Notes under the pieces: generated by a model
Database searches by the model: none
Told to the model about the DNA's origin: nothing
The model's input: only the letters and a program-made list of their open reading frames with translations
DNA from: an uncultured Nitrospiraceae bacterium
GTDB lineage: Bacteria; Nitrospirota; Thermodesulfovibrionia; Thermodesulfovibrionales; SM23-35
Reading direction: 5' to 3'
Length of the DNA: 64,000 bases
NCBI GenBank assembly: GCA_963727775.1
Contig: CAVSHB010000001.1
Location: 384,001-448,000 of the forward strand
Translations under genes and position numbers: made by a program
Shown here: positions 36,804 to 45,744 of the stretch, one piece after another
How the letters are laid out: each line of letters opens with the position of its first letter
Numbering within the stretch: the first letter of the stretch is position 1

Positions 36804-36831
36804 TCTTATGGACCCTTATGGAGGTAAATGA

Positions 36832-37224
36832 ATGCTAACTGATCCAATTGCTGATATGCTTACAAGGATACGGAACTCCGTCACGATTAAAGCGGAGAAG
36901 GTTGATATACCTATTTCGAAGATAAAGCTGGAGATAGCGAAGATATTGAAGGAAGAAGGATTTATCAGAGCATATAAAATCTTAAAAGACAGGAAACGGG
37001 GTATCCTTAGGGTTATTCCTAAATACATGGAGAGTGAAAGTGTGATCTCAGGCTTGAAGAGAATAAGCAAGCCGGGCCGCAGGGTTTATGTCGGCAATGA
37101 GGATATCCCGAGAGTAATGGGCGGATTAGGAGTTGCAATCCTGACAACATCAAAAGGAATATTAAGTGATAAGTCTTGCCGGCGGGACAACGTTGGCGGT
37201 GAAGTTATCTGTTATGTGTGGTAA
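36832..37224 (+). CDS. rpsH: 30S ribosomal protein S8
   Basis: [31 protein letters not shown]. Confidence 0.98.
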   Translation: MLTDPIADMLTRIRNSVTIKAEKVDIPISKIKLEIAKILKEEGFIRAYKILKDRKRGILRVIPKYMESESVISGLKRISKPGRRVYVGNEDIPRVMGGLGVAILTTSKGILSDKSCRRDNVGGEVICYVW

Positions 37225-37239
37225 AGGAGAGTAATCGTT

Positions 37240-37782
37240 ATGTCACGAATTGGTAAAAAGCCAATAGATATACCTGAGAAAGTCACTATTGAGACAGGCG
37301 CCGGGACGATAAGAGTCAAAGGTCCGAAAGGAGAACTGAACTGGAACTATCCGGATAAAACAAAGGTTTCAGTTGACGGAAGCATTATATCCGTGGAGAG
37401 GTCCGGTGACTCGAAAGTTGAAAAGGCACTTCATGGTCTTGTAAGGAGCATCATCTCGAACATGGTTGTCGGGGTTTCTCAAGGGTACAAGAAAGTTCTT
37501 GATATAGTTGGTGTCGGGTATAAAGCTCAGGTGGCGGGGAATAAGATTGTCTTTGCGTTGGGTTATTCTCATCCTATTGAATTCTTGTTGCCTGAAGGTA
37601 TTAGTGCAGCGGTTGATGCGAAACAGGTACAGATTACCCTTAACGGTATTGATAAACAGCAAATAGGACAGGTGGCTGCGAGCCTTAAATCACTGAGAAT
37701 GCCGGATGCGTATAAAGGCAAGGGAATCAGATATTCGGGTGAAAGGATCAAGTTGAAGGTCGGGAAAGCGGGTAAAAAGTAA
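37240..37782 (+). CDS. rplF: 50S ribosomal protein L6
   Basis: MSRIGKKPI, VKGPKGEL, YKGKGIRY. Confidence 0.98.
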   Translation: MSRIGKKPIDIPEKVTIETGAGTIRVKGPKGELNWNYPDKTKVSVDGSIISVERSGDSKVEKALHGLVRSIISNMVVGVSQGYKKVLDIVGVGYKAQVAGNKIVFALGYSHPIEFLLPEGISAAVDAKQVQITLNGIDKQQIGQVAASLKSLRMPDAYKGKGIRYSGERIKLKVGKAGKK

Positions 37783-37843
37783 CAATAGCTAATCGTTATT
37801 CGCAGAAGATTTTATTGATTAATAACGAATAAGTCAGGAGGTT

Positions 37844-38209
37844 GTGTTGGCTGAAAGCAAGAAAGAGGGTAAACAGAGGCGGCATGAACGCATAAGGAAG
37901 AAAGTCGCCGGCACCCCGGGCAGATTAAGATTATCGGTGTATAAAAGTCTTAATAACATATATGCTCAGATTATAGATGACTCTAAGGGTCATACTGTTG
38001 CAACAGCGTCAAGTCTTGATAAAGAATTCAGCGACAATAAATCTCATAAAGGGAACGTCAAGACAGCAAAACTTGTTGGAGAATTAATCGCCAAAAGGGC
38101 ATTGGAAAAAGGGATAAAGAAGATTGTTTTTGACAGGAGCGGATATCTTTATCATGGCAGCATTAAAGCTTTGGCAGAAGCTACCAGGGAAGCAGGATTA
38201 GAGTTTTAG
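37844..38209 (+). CDS. rplR: 50S ribosomal protein L18
   Basis: [33 protein letters not shown]. Confidence 0.97.
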   Translation: MLAESKKEGKQRRHERIRKKVAGTPGRLRLSVYKSLNNIYAQIIDDSKGHTVATASSLDKEFSDNKSHKGNVKTAKLVGELIAKRALEKGIKKIVFDRSGYLYHGSIKALAEATREAGLEF

Positions 38210-38217
38210 GAGGTTAT

Positions 38218-38724
38218 GTGGAGAAAAAAGATCCAGACGGACTGAATTTTAAGGATAAGGTAGTCTATATAAACAGGGTAGCAAAGGTTGTTAAAGGTGG
38301 AAGACGATTTTCCTTCACCGCCCTCGTTGTTGTAGGAGATGGCGATGGGACCGTTGGTGTTGGAAAGGGTAAAGCTTCTGAGGTACCTGAAGCTATAAGA
38401 AAGGCGATAGAACAGGCAAAAAAGTCACTCCAGAAATTTCCTATTAAAGAGGGAACAATACCCCACAGAATTATTGGAAGATTTGGCTCCGGGACTGTTG
38501 TGATAAACCCTGCTGTGAAAGGCACGGGTATTATTGCAGGGGGTGGTGTAAGGGCGCTCTTGGAAGTAGGAGGGGTCCAGAATGTTGTCGCAAAATCTAT
38601 CCGCAGTCATAACCCCTTTAATTCGGTGAAGGCGACCTTAAATGGACTTGTAAATCTCAAGGATCCGGAATCGGTTATGAGACTCAGGGGAAAACTTGAG
38701 GAAGAGTCTCAGGAGGCATCATGA
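38218..38724 (+). CDS. rpsE: 30S ribosomal protein S5
   Basis: [24 protein letters not shown]. Confidence 0.98.
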   Translation: MEKKDPDGLNFKDKVVYINRVAKVVKGGRRFSFTALVVVGDGDGTVGVGKGKASEVPEAIRKAIEQAKKSLQKFPIKEGTIPHRIIGRFGSGTVVINPAVKGTGIIAGGGVRALLEVGGVQNVVAKSIRSHNPFNSVKATLNGLVNLKDPESVMRLRGKLEEESQEAS

Positions 38725-39167
38725 GGTTAAATGATCTAAGCCCATCTTATGGGAGCAATAAAAAAAGCAAGAGAGTGGGCCGTGGTATCGGCTCGGGCCA
38801 TGGAAAAACTTCCTGTAAAGGACACAAAGGGCAGAAAGCGCGTTCAGGCGGTACAAAAGGGTCTGGTTTTGAAGGCGGACAAATGCCGCTGCAGCGGAGG
38901 TTGCCTAAGAGAGGATTTAAAAACTACCCGTTCAAAATAGATTATACGATCTTAAATCTTGAAGATATCGGCAAAATAGAGAATTTTGATATTATTACTT
39001 CCGATATGCTTATAGAAATGGGCATCATAAAGGAATTAAAAAACGGTGGTCTCAAGATTCTCGGTAATGGAGAGATAAAGCGGCCGTTTACCATAAGGGC
39101 AGACGCCTTTAGCGCTTCAGCATTGACGAAAATATCTGCGGCTGGTGGTAAGGCTGAGGTAATATAA
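38721..39167 (+). CDS. rplO: 50S ribosomal protein L15
   Basis: [30 protein letters not shown]. Confidence 0.98.
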   Translation: MRLNDLSPSYGSNKKSKRVGRGIGSGHGKTSCKGHKGQKARSGGTKGSGFEGGQMPLQRRLPKRGFKNYPFKIDYTILNLEDIGKIENFDIITSDMLIEMGIIKELKNGGLKILGNGEIKRPFTIRADAFSASALTKISAAGGKAEVI

Positions 39168-39169
39168 AG

Positions 39170-40474
39170 TTGAGCATTCTTTCGAGCTTCCAAAATATAT
39201 TCAAAATCCCCGAACTTAAAAGCAGGGTCTTATTTACAATGGCCCTTCTTGCTGTCTATAGGATAGGCGCTCATATCCCGACCCCCGGGATTAATGGTGA
39301 GGAACTTAGCAAGTTCCTTGCTGAAAAAGGCGGAGCGCTTATGGGCTTCTTTGATATGTTTTCAGGCGGTGCCTTATCAAGAGTGACGATTTTTGCCCTT
39401 GGGATTATGCCTTATATAAGCGCGTCAATTATCCTTCAGCTCTTGACAGTCGTAATCCCCGCAATCGGGAAGCTCGCAAAAGAAGGAGAAGCAGGCAGAA
39501 AAAAGATAGTAAAGTATACAAGATATGGGACTGTTTTGATTAGCGCGGTTCAATCTTTCGGTATTGCCGCGGGACTTGAAGGCATGGCAGGCGGTGCTTT
39601 TGTTCAAACCCCGGGGTGGTCTTTTAGGTTGCTGACTATGATTACATTAACATCCGGCACTGCTTTTATAATGTGGCTCGGAGAACAGATTACCGAAAGG
39701 GGCATCGGTAACGGGATATCACTTATTATATTCGCAGGAATTGTCGCAAGATTTCCCAATGCAATAATAAGTACGGTAAGACTTTTACAAGCGGGAGAAC
39801 TATCGATATTTTTTGTTATCTTCCTCGTTGCAATGATGATTACCGTCATCGGGGCGATAATATATATGGAAAGAGGACAGAGGAAGATTCCTGTACAATA
39901 TGCAAAGAGAGTGGTGGGACGGAAGGTTTACGGAGGCCAGTCTACACACCTGCCGTTGAAGATAAATACCTCCGGTGTGATACCGCCGATATTTGCTTCT
40001 TCCATCATTATGTTTCCTGCAACGGTGGCCGGCTTTATAGCAGTGCCATGGGTTCAGGCGTTTGCGAGACAACTTTCTCCCGGCACGGTGCTCTATACAT
40101 CACTATATGTGGGCATGATTTTTTTCTTCGCTTATTTTTATACCGCTATTATCTTTAATCCAGTTGATATCGCGGATAATCTTAAGAAGTATGGCGGATA
40201 TATACCTGGCATAAGACCGGGACAGAAGACGTCTGAATATATTTATAAGGTGTTGTCACGACTGACATTTGTAGGAGCGCTTTATTTAGGAGTTGTGTGC
40301 ATTATTCCGGAGATTTTGATTAGGAGATTTAATGTGCCGTTTTATTTTGGGGGAACTTCCCTTCTGATCGCAGTCGGTGTTGCCCTGGATACCGTGTCCC
40401 AAATCGAGTCACACCTAATCACTCGTTCATATGAGGGGTTCCTTAAAAAAGGAAGACTGAAAGGAAGACGATAG
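39170..40474 (+). CDS. secY: Preprotein translocase subunit SecY
   Basis: IFALGIMPYISASII, WLGEQITERGIGNGISL, IPGIRPG, FGGTSLLI. Confidence 0.99.
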   Translation: MSILSSFQNIFKIPELKSRVLFTMALLAVYRIGAHIPTPGINGEELSKFLAEKGGALMGFFDMFSGGALSRVTIFALGIMPYISASIILQLLTVVIPAIGKLAKEGEAGRKKIVKYTRYGTVLISAVQSFGIAAGLEGMAGGAFVQTPGWSFRLLTMITLTSGTAFIMWLGEQITERGIGNGISLIIFAGIVARFPNAIISTVRLLQAGELSIFFVIFLVAMMITVIGAIIYMERGQRKIPVQYAKRVVGRKVYGGQSTHLPLKINTSGVIPPIFASSIIMFPATVAGFIAVPWVQAFARQLSPGTVLYTSLYVGMIFFFAYFYTAIIFNPVDIADNLKKYGGYIPGIRPGQKTSEYIYKVLSRLTFVGALYLGVVCIIPEILIRRFNVPFYFGGTSLLIAVGVALDTVSQIESHLITRSYEGFLKKGRLKGRR

Positions 40475-40523
40475 GGAAGAATTTTGCGCGACTTAAAATC
40501 TGCGATGCTGATTTTACAGGAAT

Positions 40524-41273
40524 ATGATAATATTAAAATCTCCAGAAGAGATCGAAAAAATAGCGCAGTCGTGTTTTATTGTCGCAAAAACACTTGATTA
40601 TTTGAAAGATATGGTCAGGCCCGGCATTTCAACGAAAGAAATCGATAGATTGGCAGATGAATATATACGATCAAATGATGCGGTTCCGGCATTTAAAGGG
40701 TACAGAGGGTACCCTGCAAGCATATGCGCGTCCGTCAATGATGAAGTTATTCACGGCATTCCATCGGGTAGAATACTGATGGAGGGTGACATTATAGGGA
40801 TAGACCTCGGCGTTTATAAAGATGGTTTTTACGGAGACGCCGCCCGTACTTTTCCTGTAGGGAAGATACACCCGGATGCTGAAAAACTGCTAAGAGTAAC
40901 GGAAGAGGCGCTTTACCAGGGTATAGAGAATGCAAGGCTGGGGCAAAGGGTGTCCGACATCTCCAATGCAATTCAGGGGCACATTGAGTCAAAAGGGTTC
41001 TCTGTTGTCAGGGCATTTGTGGGACACGGTATAGGCAGGGACCTGCATGAGGATCCGCAGATACCTAATTTCGGGCTACCCGGTCGAGGACCGAGACTTA
41101 TGGCGGGCATGACCGTGGCGATAGAACCGATGGTGAATGAGGGAGGCTACGAGGTGGTTGTGCTTGATGACAAATGGACTGCTGTTACAATGGATGGGAA
41201 ATTGTCGGCCCATTTCGAGCATACAATCCTTGTGACTGCCGATGATCCTAAAATCTTGACTAAATTAAACTAA
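40524..41273 (+). CDS. map: Methionine aminopeptidase type I
   Basis: SVNDEVIHGIP, GHGIG, AIEPM, SAHFEHT. Confidence 0.97.
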   Translation: MIILKSPEEIEKIAQSCFIVAKTLDYLKDMVRPGISTKEIDRLADEYIRSNDAVPAFKGYRGYPASICASVNDEVIHGIPSGRILMEGDIIGIDLGVYKDGFYGDAARTFPVGKIHPDAEKLLRVTEEALYQGIENARLGQRVSDISNAIQGHIESKGFSVVRAFVGHGIGRDLHEDPQIPNFGLPGRGPRLMAGMTVAIEPMVNEGGYEVVVLDDKWTAVTMDGKLSAHFEHTILVTADDPKILTKLN

Positions 41274-41294
41274 AAAGAGTATATTATTTAGTTA

Positions 41295-41513
41295 ATGTCA
41301 AAAGAAGACAATATAGAGGTAGAAGGTAAGATCGTAGAAACGTTGCCTAATGCGATGTTCAGGGTTGAACTCGAAAACGGCCAGGTTGTGCTTGCGTATG
41401 TTTCGGGGAAAATGAGGATGCATTTCATTAAGATTTTACCGGGTGATAGGGTCACGGTAGAACTCTCCCCCTACGACCTGACTAAGGGAAGAATAACATA
41501 CAGATTTAAGTGA
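41295..41513 (+). CDS. infA: Translation initiation factor IF-1
   Basis: [35 protein letters not shown]. Confidence 0.98.
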   Translation: MSKEDNIEVEGKIVETLPNAMFRVELENGQVVLAYVSGKMRMHFIKILPGDRVTVELSPYDLTKGRITYRFK

Positions 41514-41531
41514 AACTAAAAAGAGGGTGAA

Positions 41532-41645
41532 ATGAAAGTCCGTTCTTCAGTTAAAGCTATTTGTGCCAAGTGTAAAATTGTTAAAAGAAAAGGTGTCGTA
41601 AGGGTCATATGCGATAACCCTAGACATAAACAGAGACAGGGGTAA
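41532..41645 (+). CDS. rpmJ: 50S ribosomal protein L36 (Zn-ribbon C+ type)
   Basis: Manual translation [37 protein letters not shown]; below the ORF-track length cutoff. Confidence 0.97.
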   Translation: MKVRSSVKAICAKCKIVKRKGVVRVICDNPRHKQRQG

Positions 41646-41714
41646 GGATTATGAATCAAGGGTATAGAGATTTAAGCGGAATAAAAATCTCCAGACTGAC
41701 AAAGGAGGTACAGG

Positions 41715-42089
41715 TTGGCGAGAATTGCTGGAGTTGATTTACCAAAGAATGAGCGCGTTGAAATAGGTCTAACACGAATTTTCGGCTTAGGCAGATCTTT
41801 GTCACAGAAAATATTGTCTGAGACGAATATCAACCCAAATACAAGGGTTAAAGACCTTACTAATGAAGAAATCGCGAAAATCAGGAGTGTGATAGAGAGG
41901 GATTTCAGGGTTGAAGGAGACCTTAGGCGTGACATATCTATGGGTATCAAAAGACTCATAGATATCGGCAGTTACAGAGGTCAAAGACACCGTTTGGGGC
42001 TTCCTGTAAGAGGACAAAGAACAAAAACCAATGCACGAACCCGTAAAGGGCCGAGAAAAGCGGTTATGGGCAAAAAGAAAGAGGCATAG
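41715..42089 (+). CDS. rpsM: 30S ribosomal protein S13
   Basis: [27 protein letters not shown]. Confidence 0.98.
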   Translation: MARIAGVDLPKNERVEIGLTRIFGLGRSLSQKILSETNINPNTRVKDLTNEEIAKIRSVIERDFRVEGDLRRDISMGIKRLIDIGSYRGQRHRLGLPVRGQRTKTNARTRKGPRKAVMGKKKEA

Positions 42090-42093
42090 CGGA

Positions 42094-42480
42094 ATGGCTC
42101 AAAGAAAGAAAGGCGTAAAAAAAGACAGGAAAAATATCACGTATGGAGCAGCGCATATTCAGGCTACTTTTAATAATACTATCGTTACGATAACCGATCC
42201 AAACGGAGACGTAATCACATGGGCAAGTTCCGGCAATCTGGGGTTTAAGGGGTCTAGGAAAGGAACTCCGTATGCTGCACAAATGGCCGCTACAACAGCA
42301 GCAAAGAAGGCACTCGATTCCGGCATGAAACAAGTTGATATTTTTGTTAAAGGGCCGGGTGCAGGGCGTGAGTCGGCGATCCGTGCGCTCCAGGTAGCGG
42401 GTTTGGAGATAAATCTCATAAAAGATGTAACTCCGGTCCCTCACAATGGGTGTAGACCTCCAAAAAGGAGGAGGGTATAA
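42094..42480 (+). CDS. rpsK: 30S ribosomal protein S11
   Basis: [39 protein letters not shown]. Confidence 0.98.
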   Translation: MAQRKKGVKKDRKNITYGAAHIQATFNNTIVTITDPNGDVITWASSGNLGFKGSRKGTPYAAQMAATTAAKKALDSGMKQVDIFVKGPGAGRESAIRALQVAGLEINLIKDVTPVPHNGCRPPKRRRV

Positions 42481-42482
42481 CC

Positions 42483-43109
42483 ATGGCCAGATATATAGGA
42501 GCTTTATGCAGGATTTGCCGTAGAGAAGGGGAGAAACTCTTTTTGAAAGGCGACAGGTGTTATACTGAAAAGTGCGCTATCGAGAGAAGGAAATACCCAC
42601 CGGGACAGCATGGGCAGGGCTTTAGAAAACTATCAGATTATGGTATTCAGCTTAGAGAAAAACAGAAGGTCAGAAAAATGTATGGCCTTCTTGAGAGACA
42701 GTTCAGAAAATATTTCTATGAGGCAGAAAGAAAGAAAGGCATTACAGGAGAAATTCTCCTTCAACTCATTGAAAGCCGTCTCGATTCGATGGTATTCCGG
42801 ATGGGCTTTGCGCCTAACAGGAGAAGGGCAAGGCAGATTATCAAACACGGCCATATATTTGTAAACGGCAAAGAAGTTAATCTCCCATCCTGCGAAATCA
42901 AGGGAGGGGATGTAGTAACGGTTAAAGAAGTGAGCAGGGATAACCCGGAAATAGTCGACAGTCTCTCCAAAAGTGGACACAGGGGAATCCCCGGATGGGT
43001 TGAGGTTGACACTGCAAATCTTAGCGGTAAGGTTTTACATATTCCATCTCGTGATGAGATACAACTTCCTGTACAAGAACAGCTCATAGTAGAACTCTAT
43101 TCTAAGTAA
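42483..43109 (+). CDS. rpsD: 30S ribosomal protein S4
   Basis: CRICRREG, PPGQHG, LREKQK, EQLIVELYSK. Confidence 0.98.
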   Translation: MARYIGALCRICRREGEKLFLKGDRCYTEKCAIERRKYPPGQHGQGFRKLSDYGIQLREKQKVRKMYGLLERQFRKYFYEAERKKGITGEILLQLIESRLDSMVFRMGFAPNRRRARQIIKHGHIFVNGKEVNLPSCEIKGGDVVTVKEVSRDNPEIVDSLSKSGHRGIPGWVEVDTANLSGKVLHIPSRDEIQLPVQEQLIVELYSK

Positions 43110-43264
43110 GTACAGTATAAACGCATTATATATATTAACCAGACCCCGGGCATTAATAAGCACAATGGCCGGCAGTTAAGTACCGGCCTGTAAATGTGGA
43201 ATTTGGTCTGCATTGTGTTATGACCCGGATTTGGTTATCCGAATTTTTAATTTGAGGAGGCCTT

Positions 43265-44317
43265 ATGGACCTGAAGAAAATAGGCTTTCAGCTACCTGAA
43301 GCAGTAAAGTTTGATGAAGAGACTCTCACTGATTCATATGGGAAACTTATAGCTGAGCCTTTAGAACGTGGGTTTGGTACCACATTAGGGAATGCACTTA
43401 GGAGAGTTTTACTTTCCTCTATCGAGGGTGCTGCAGTAACTGCCGTTAAGATACCGGGTGCCCTTCATGAGTTTTCGACAATAAAGGGTGTGAAGGAAGA
43501 CGTCGTTGATATAATCCTAAACATAAAGAAGCTCAGATTCAAGCTGTATTCAAATGGCAAGAAGATTGCGACAATAAAAGTGAAGGGTCCCAAGATTGTG
43601 ACGGGCGGAGATATTGAGGGGGACACATCTTTCGATCTCCTGAACCCTGAACAGGTTATTGCAACTTTGGATAAAGACGCCACCTTTGAAGCTGAGCTGT
43701 ATATAAAAAAAGGCAAAGGGTATATTGCAGCTGATCTGAATAAAGAGGAAGATCTCCCTGTTAATATGATAGCGGTTGATTCTATTTTTACGCCCATAAA
43801 GAAGGTCAACTTCATTGTTGAAAAGACAAGGGTCGGAAGGGCTACGGATTATGACAGACTTATAATGGAAATATGGACCGACGGAAGTGTAACACCTGAA
43901 AGGGCGATTTCTCAGGCCGCTTCTATTATTATTGACCATATGGATTTGTTCGTGTTGGAAGAAGACGACCTGGAAGAAGAGAATATTTCTGTTGATCAGG
44001 GTGATTTGATACATTCATTGAGCGAGGATCCCGTCTTCAATAATAATCTTCTGAAAAGTGTTGAAGAACTCGAACTCTCGGTAAGATCATATAATTGTCT
44101 GAAGAATGCGAATATAAAAACCATCGCCGACCTTGTGCAAAAGACCGAACAGGAGATGCTTAGGACAAAGAACTTCGGCCGCAAGTCCCTTAATGAAATA
44201 AAAGAGATATTACACACAATGGGACTGCGTCTCGGAATGAGGGTTGATCTTGACGCTCTAAATAAAGAGGCGGCATTACAAATCGGAGGTACAGAGCAAG
44301 ATGCGACACAGAGTTGA
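43265..44317 (+). CDS. rpoA: RNA polymerase alpha subunit
   Basis: EPLERGFGTTLGNALRRVLLSS, LELSVRSYNCLK, NFGRKSLNEI. Confidence 0.99.
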   Translation: MDLKKIGFQLPEAVKFDEETLTDSYGKLIAEPLERGFGTTLGNALRRVLLSSIEGAAVTAVKIPGALHEFSTIKGVKEDVVDIILNIKKLRFKLYSNGKKIATIKVKGPKIVTGGDIEGDTSFDLLNPEQVIATLDKDATFEAELYIKKGKGYIAADLNKEEDLPVNMIAVDSIFTPIKKVNFIVEKTRVGRATDYDRLIMEIWTDGSVTPERAISQAASIIIDHMDLFVLEEDDLEEENISVDQGDLIHSLSEDPVFNNNLLKSVEELELSVRSYNCLKNANIKTIADLVQKTEQEMLRTKNFGRKSLNEIKEILHTMGLRLGMRVDLDALNKEAALQIGGTEQDATQS

Positions 44318-44717
44318 TGGAAGGTTATTCGGAAGAACGGCGAATCAGAGGAAAGCTTTGTTAAGAGGGCTAGTGTCCTCTTTGCTGGAACATGAAAGAA
44401 TAGAGACTACGGTTGCCAAGGCAAAAGAAGTCAAGAAAATCGCTGAAAAAATAGTGACCCTCGGTATAAAAGGTGATTTACATTCAAAGAGAATGGCCCT
44501 TTCATATATACCCAACCGCACTGTTATGTCAAGGCTCTTCAGTGAAATAGCTCCGAGATTTTTGGGAAGGAACGGCGGCTACCTCAGAATGATGCATACG
44601 AGGAATAGAGTGAATGACTCTGCTCCGATGGCTGTGCTCGAATTTATTGATTACGAGGATTTAAGGAAGGCAAAAGATACAAAGGCTGAGAAAAAAGAGG
44701 CTGAAAAGTCAGCTTAA
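44301..44717 (+). CDS. rplQ: 50S ribosomal protein L17
   Basis: MRHR, ERIETTVAKAKE, RNGGYLR. Confidence 0.97.
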   Translation: MRHRVDGRLFGRTANQRKALLRGLVSSLLEHERIETTVAKAKEVKKIAEKIVTLGIKGDLHSKRMALSYIPNRTVMSRLFSEIAPRFLGRNGGYLRMMHTRNRVNDSAPMAVLEFIDYEDLRKAKDTKAEKKEAEKSA

Positions 44718-44737
44718 AGTCCCAAAATTAACACGCA

Positions 44738-44773
44738 AAAGAGAAGGAAAAGTTGAAATTTTTCCTTCTCTTT
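44738..44773. terminator. Bidirectional terminator between rplQ and yraN
   Basis: Perfect 14-bp inverted repeat AAAGAGAAGGAAAA / TTTTCCTTCTCTTT between convergent genes. Confidence 0.8.
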
Positions 44774-44828
44774 GTTGCATTCTCTCGATCATACACAAAG
44801 AATAATGCGGGCATTTCCTCTGGAATCC

Positions 44829-45179
44829 TTATACCTCAAATGCGTCTTTAATGTGATCAATCTCCCTTTCGCCGTTGTTCAAACAGAAGATGCTTATAAC
44901 GTCAAACCTTACAGGGAGTTCTTTTTGTTGTTTTTTTAAATAGAAGAGAGCCAAATTTTTCATTTTTTTTCTCTTGTTGCTATTTACAGCTTCGAAAGGA
45001 TAACCGAAGGAGTCATTTGTCCTTGTCTTGACTTCTATGAAAACTGTGGTATTTCCGTCTCTTGCGATGACGTCAATTTCACCGATGACTGTTTTGTAAT
45101 TCCTCGCAATTATCTTGTAGCCTTTTTTCTTGAGGAAATGTATGGCCAGGTCTTCTCCTTCAGTGCCAAGGGCCTTCAT
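44829..45179 (-). CDS. yraN: YraN (UPF0102) family PD-(D/E)xK endonuclease-like protein
   Basis: LGTEGEDLA, RNYK..GEIDVIA, VFIEVKTR, RFDVI, HIKDAF. Confidence 0.92.
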   Translation of the reverse strand: MKALGTEGEDLAIHFLKKKGYKIIARNYKTVIGEIDVIARDGNTTVFIEVKTRTNDSFGYPFEAVNSNKRKKMKNLALFYLKKQQKELPVRFDVISIFCLNNGEREIDHIKDAFEV

Positions 45180-45591
45180 TGCCTTCGAGTCTCCTGATGA
45201 GCTTCGGTATTCCCTCTATATCCTTGATCTCTTTCTGACAGAGTACCTTTAAAAGATCCCTGAAAGAAGAATATTCTTCCCAGTGGCCTTTGAGGTAAGC
45301 AGAAAGTATTTTATTAAGGTCTTCACCCTTCCTGTCCCAGTCGGAAAGTAAAACAACTCTGTGAAATCTATGAATGATATCATCACAGAAATCATAGAGG
45401 TTTTTGCCGTTATGGAGCGTTATGATTTCACCGGTGACGCCGAGACTTTTCAGGGCAGACGCGTCCTTTTTGCCTTCAACGATTACAGGGACTGTTATGT
45501 TTACTTCAATCAGATGCTCGAAGACCTCTCTTAACCTCTCGGCCCTCTCAACATCGATGGCTGACGGAAATAGTTTATGTGTATTAATCAT
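45160..45591 (-). CDS. Small TOPRIM-domain protein
   Basis: VIVEGKKD and LLSDWDRKG (DxD-like) TOPRIM motifs. Confidence 0.8.
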   Translation of the reverse strand: MINTHKLFPSAIDVERAERLREVFEHLIEVNITVPVIVEGKKDASALKSLGVTGEIITLHNGKNLYDFCDDIIHRFHRVVLLSDWDRKGEDLNKILSAYLKGHWEEYSSFRDLLKVLCQKEIKDIEGIPKLIRRLEGNEGPWH

Positions 45592-45714
45592 ATATAATTT
45601 TTATAATACAAAATGTGATCTGTAATTACAAATACGTAAAAAACTGAAAAAAAACATGCGGTTATTATAAAATAAAATATAACATTTCATAGTTTATTTC
45701 AAAGGATTGTTTAG

Positions 45715-45743
45715 TTGACTTTAGGAAATATTTTATATAAGGT
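45715..45743 (+). promoter_or_regulatory. Putative sigma70 promoter of the pil operon
   Basis: TTGACT (45715-45720), 17 nt, TAAGGT (45738-45743), 6 nt before the pilB ATG. Confidence 0.45.
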
Positions 45744-45744
45744 T

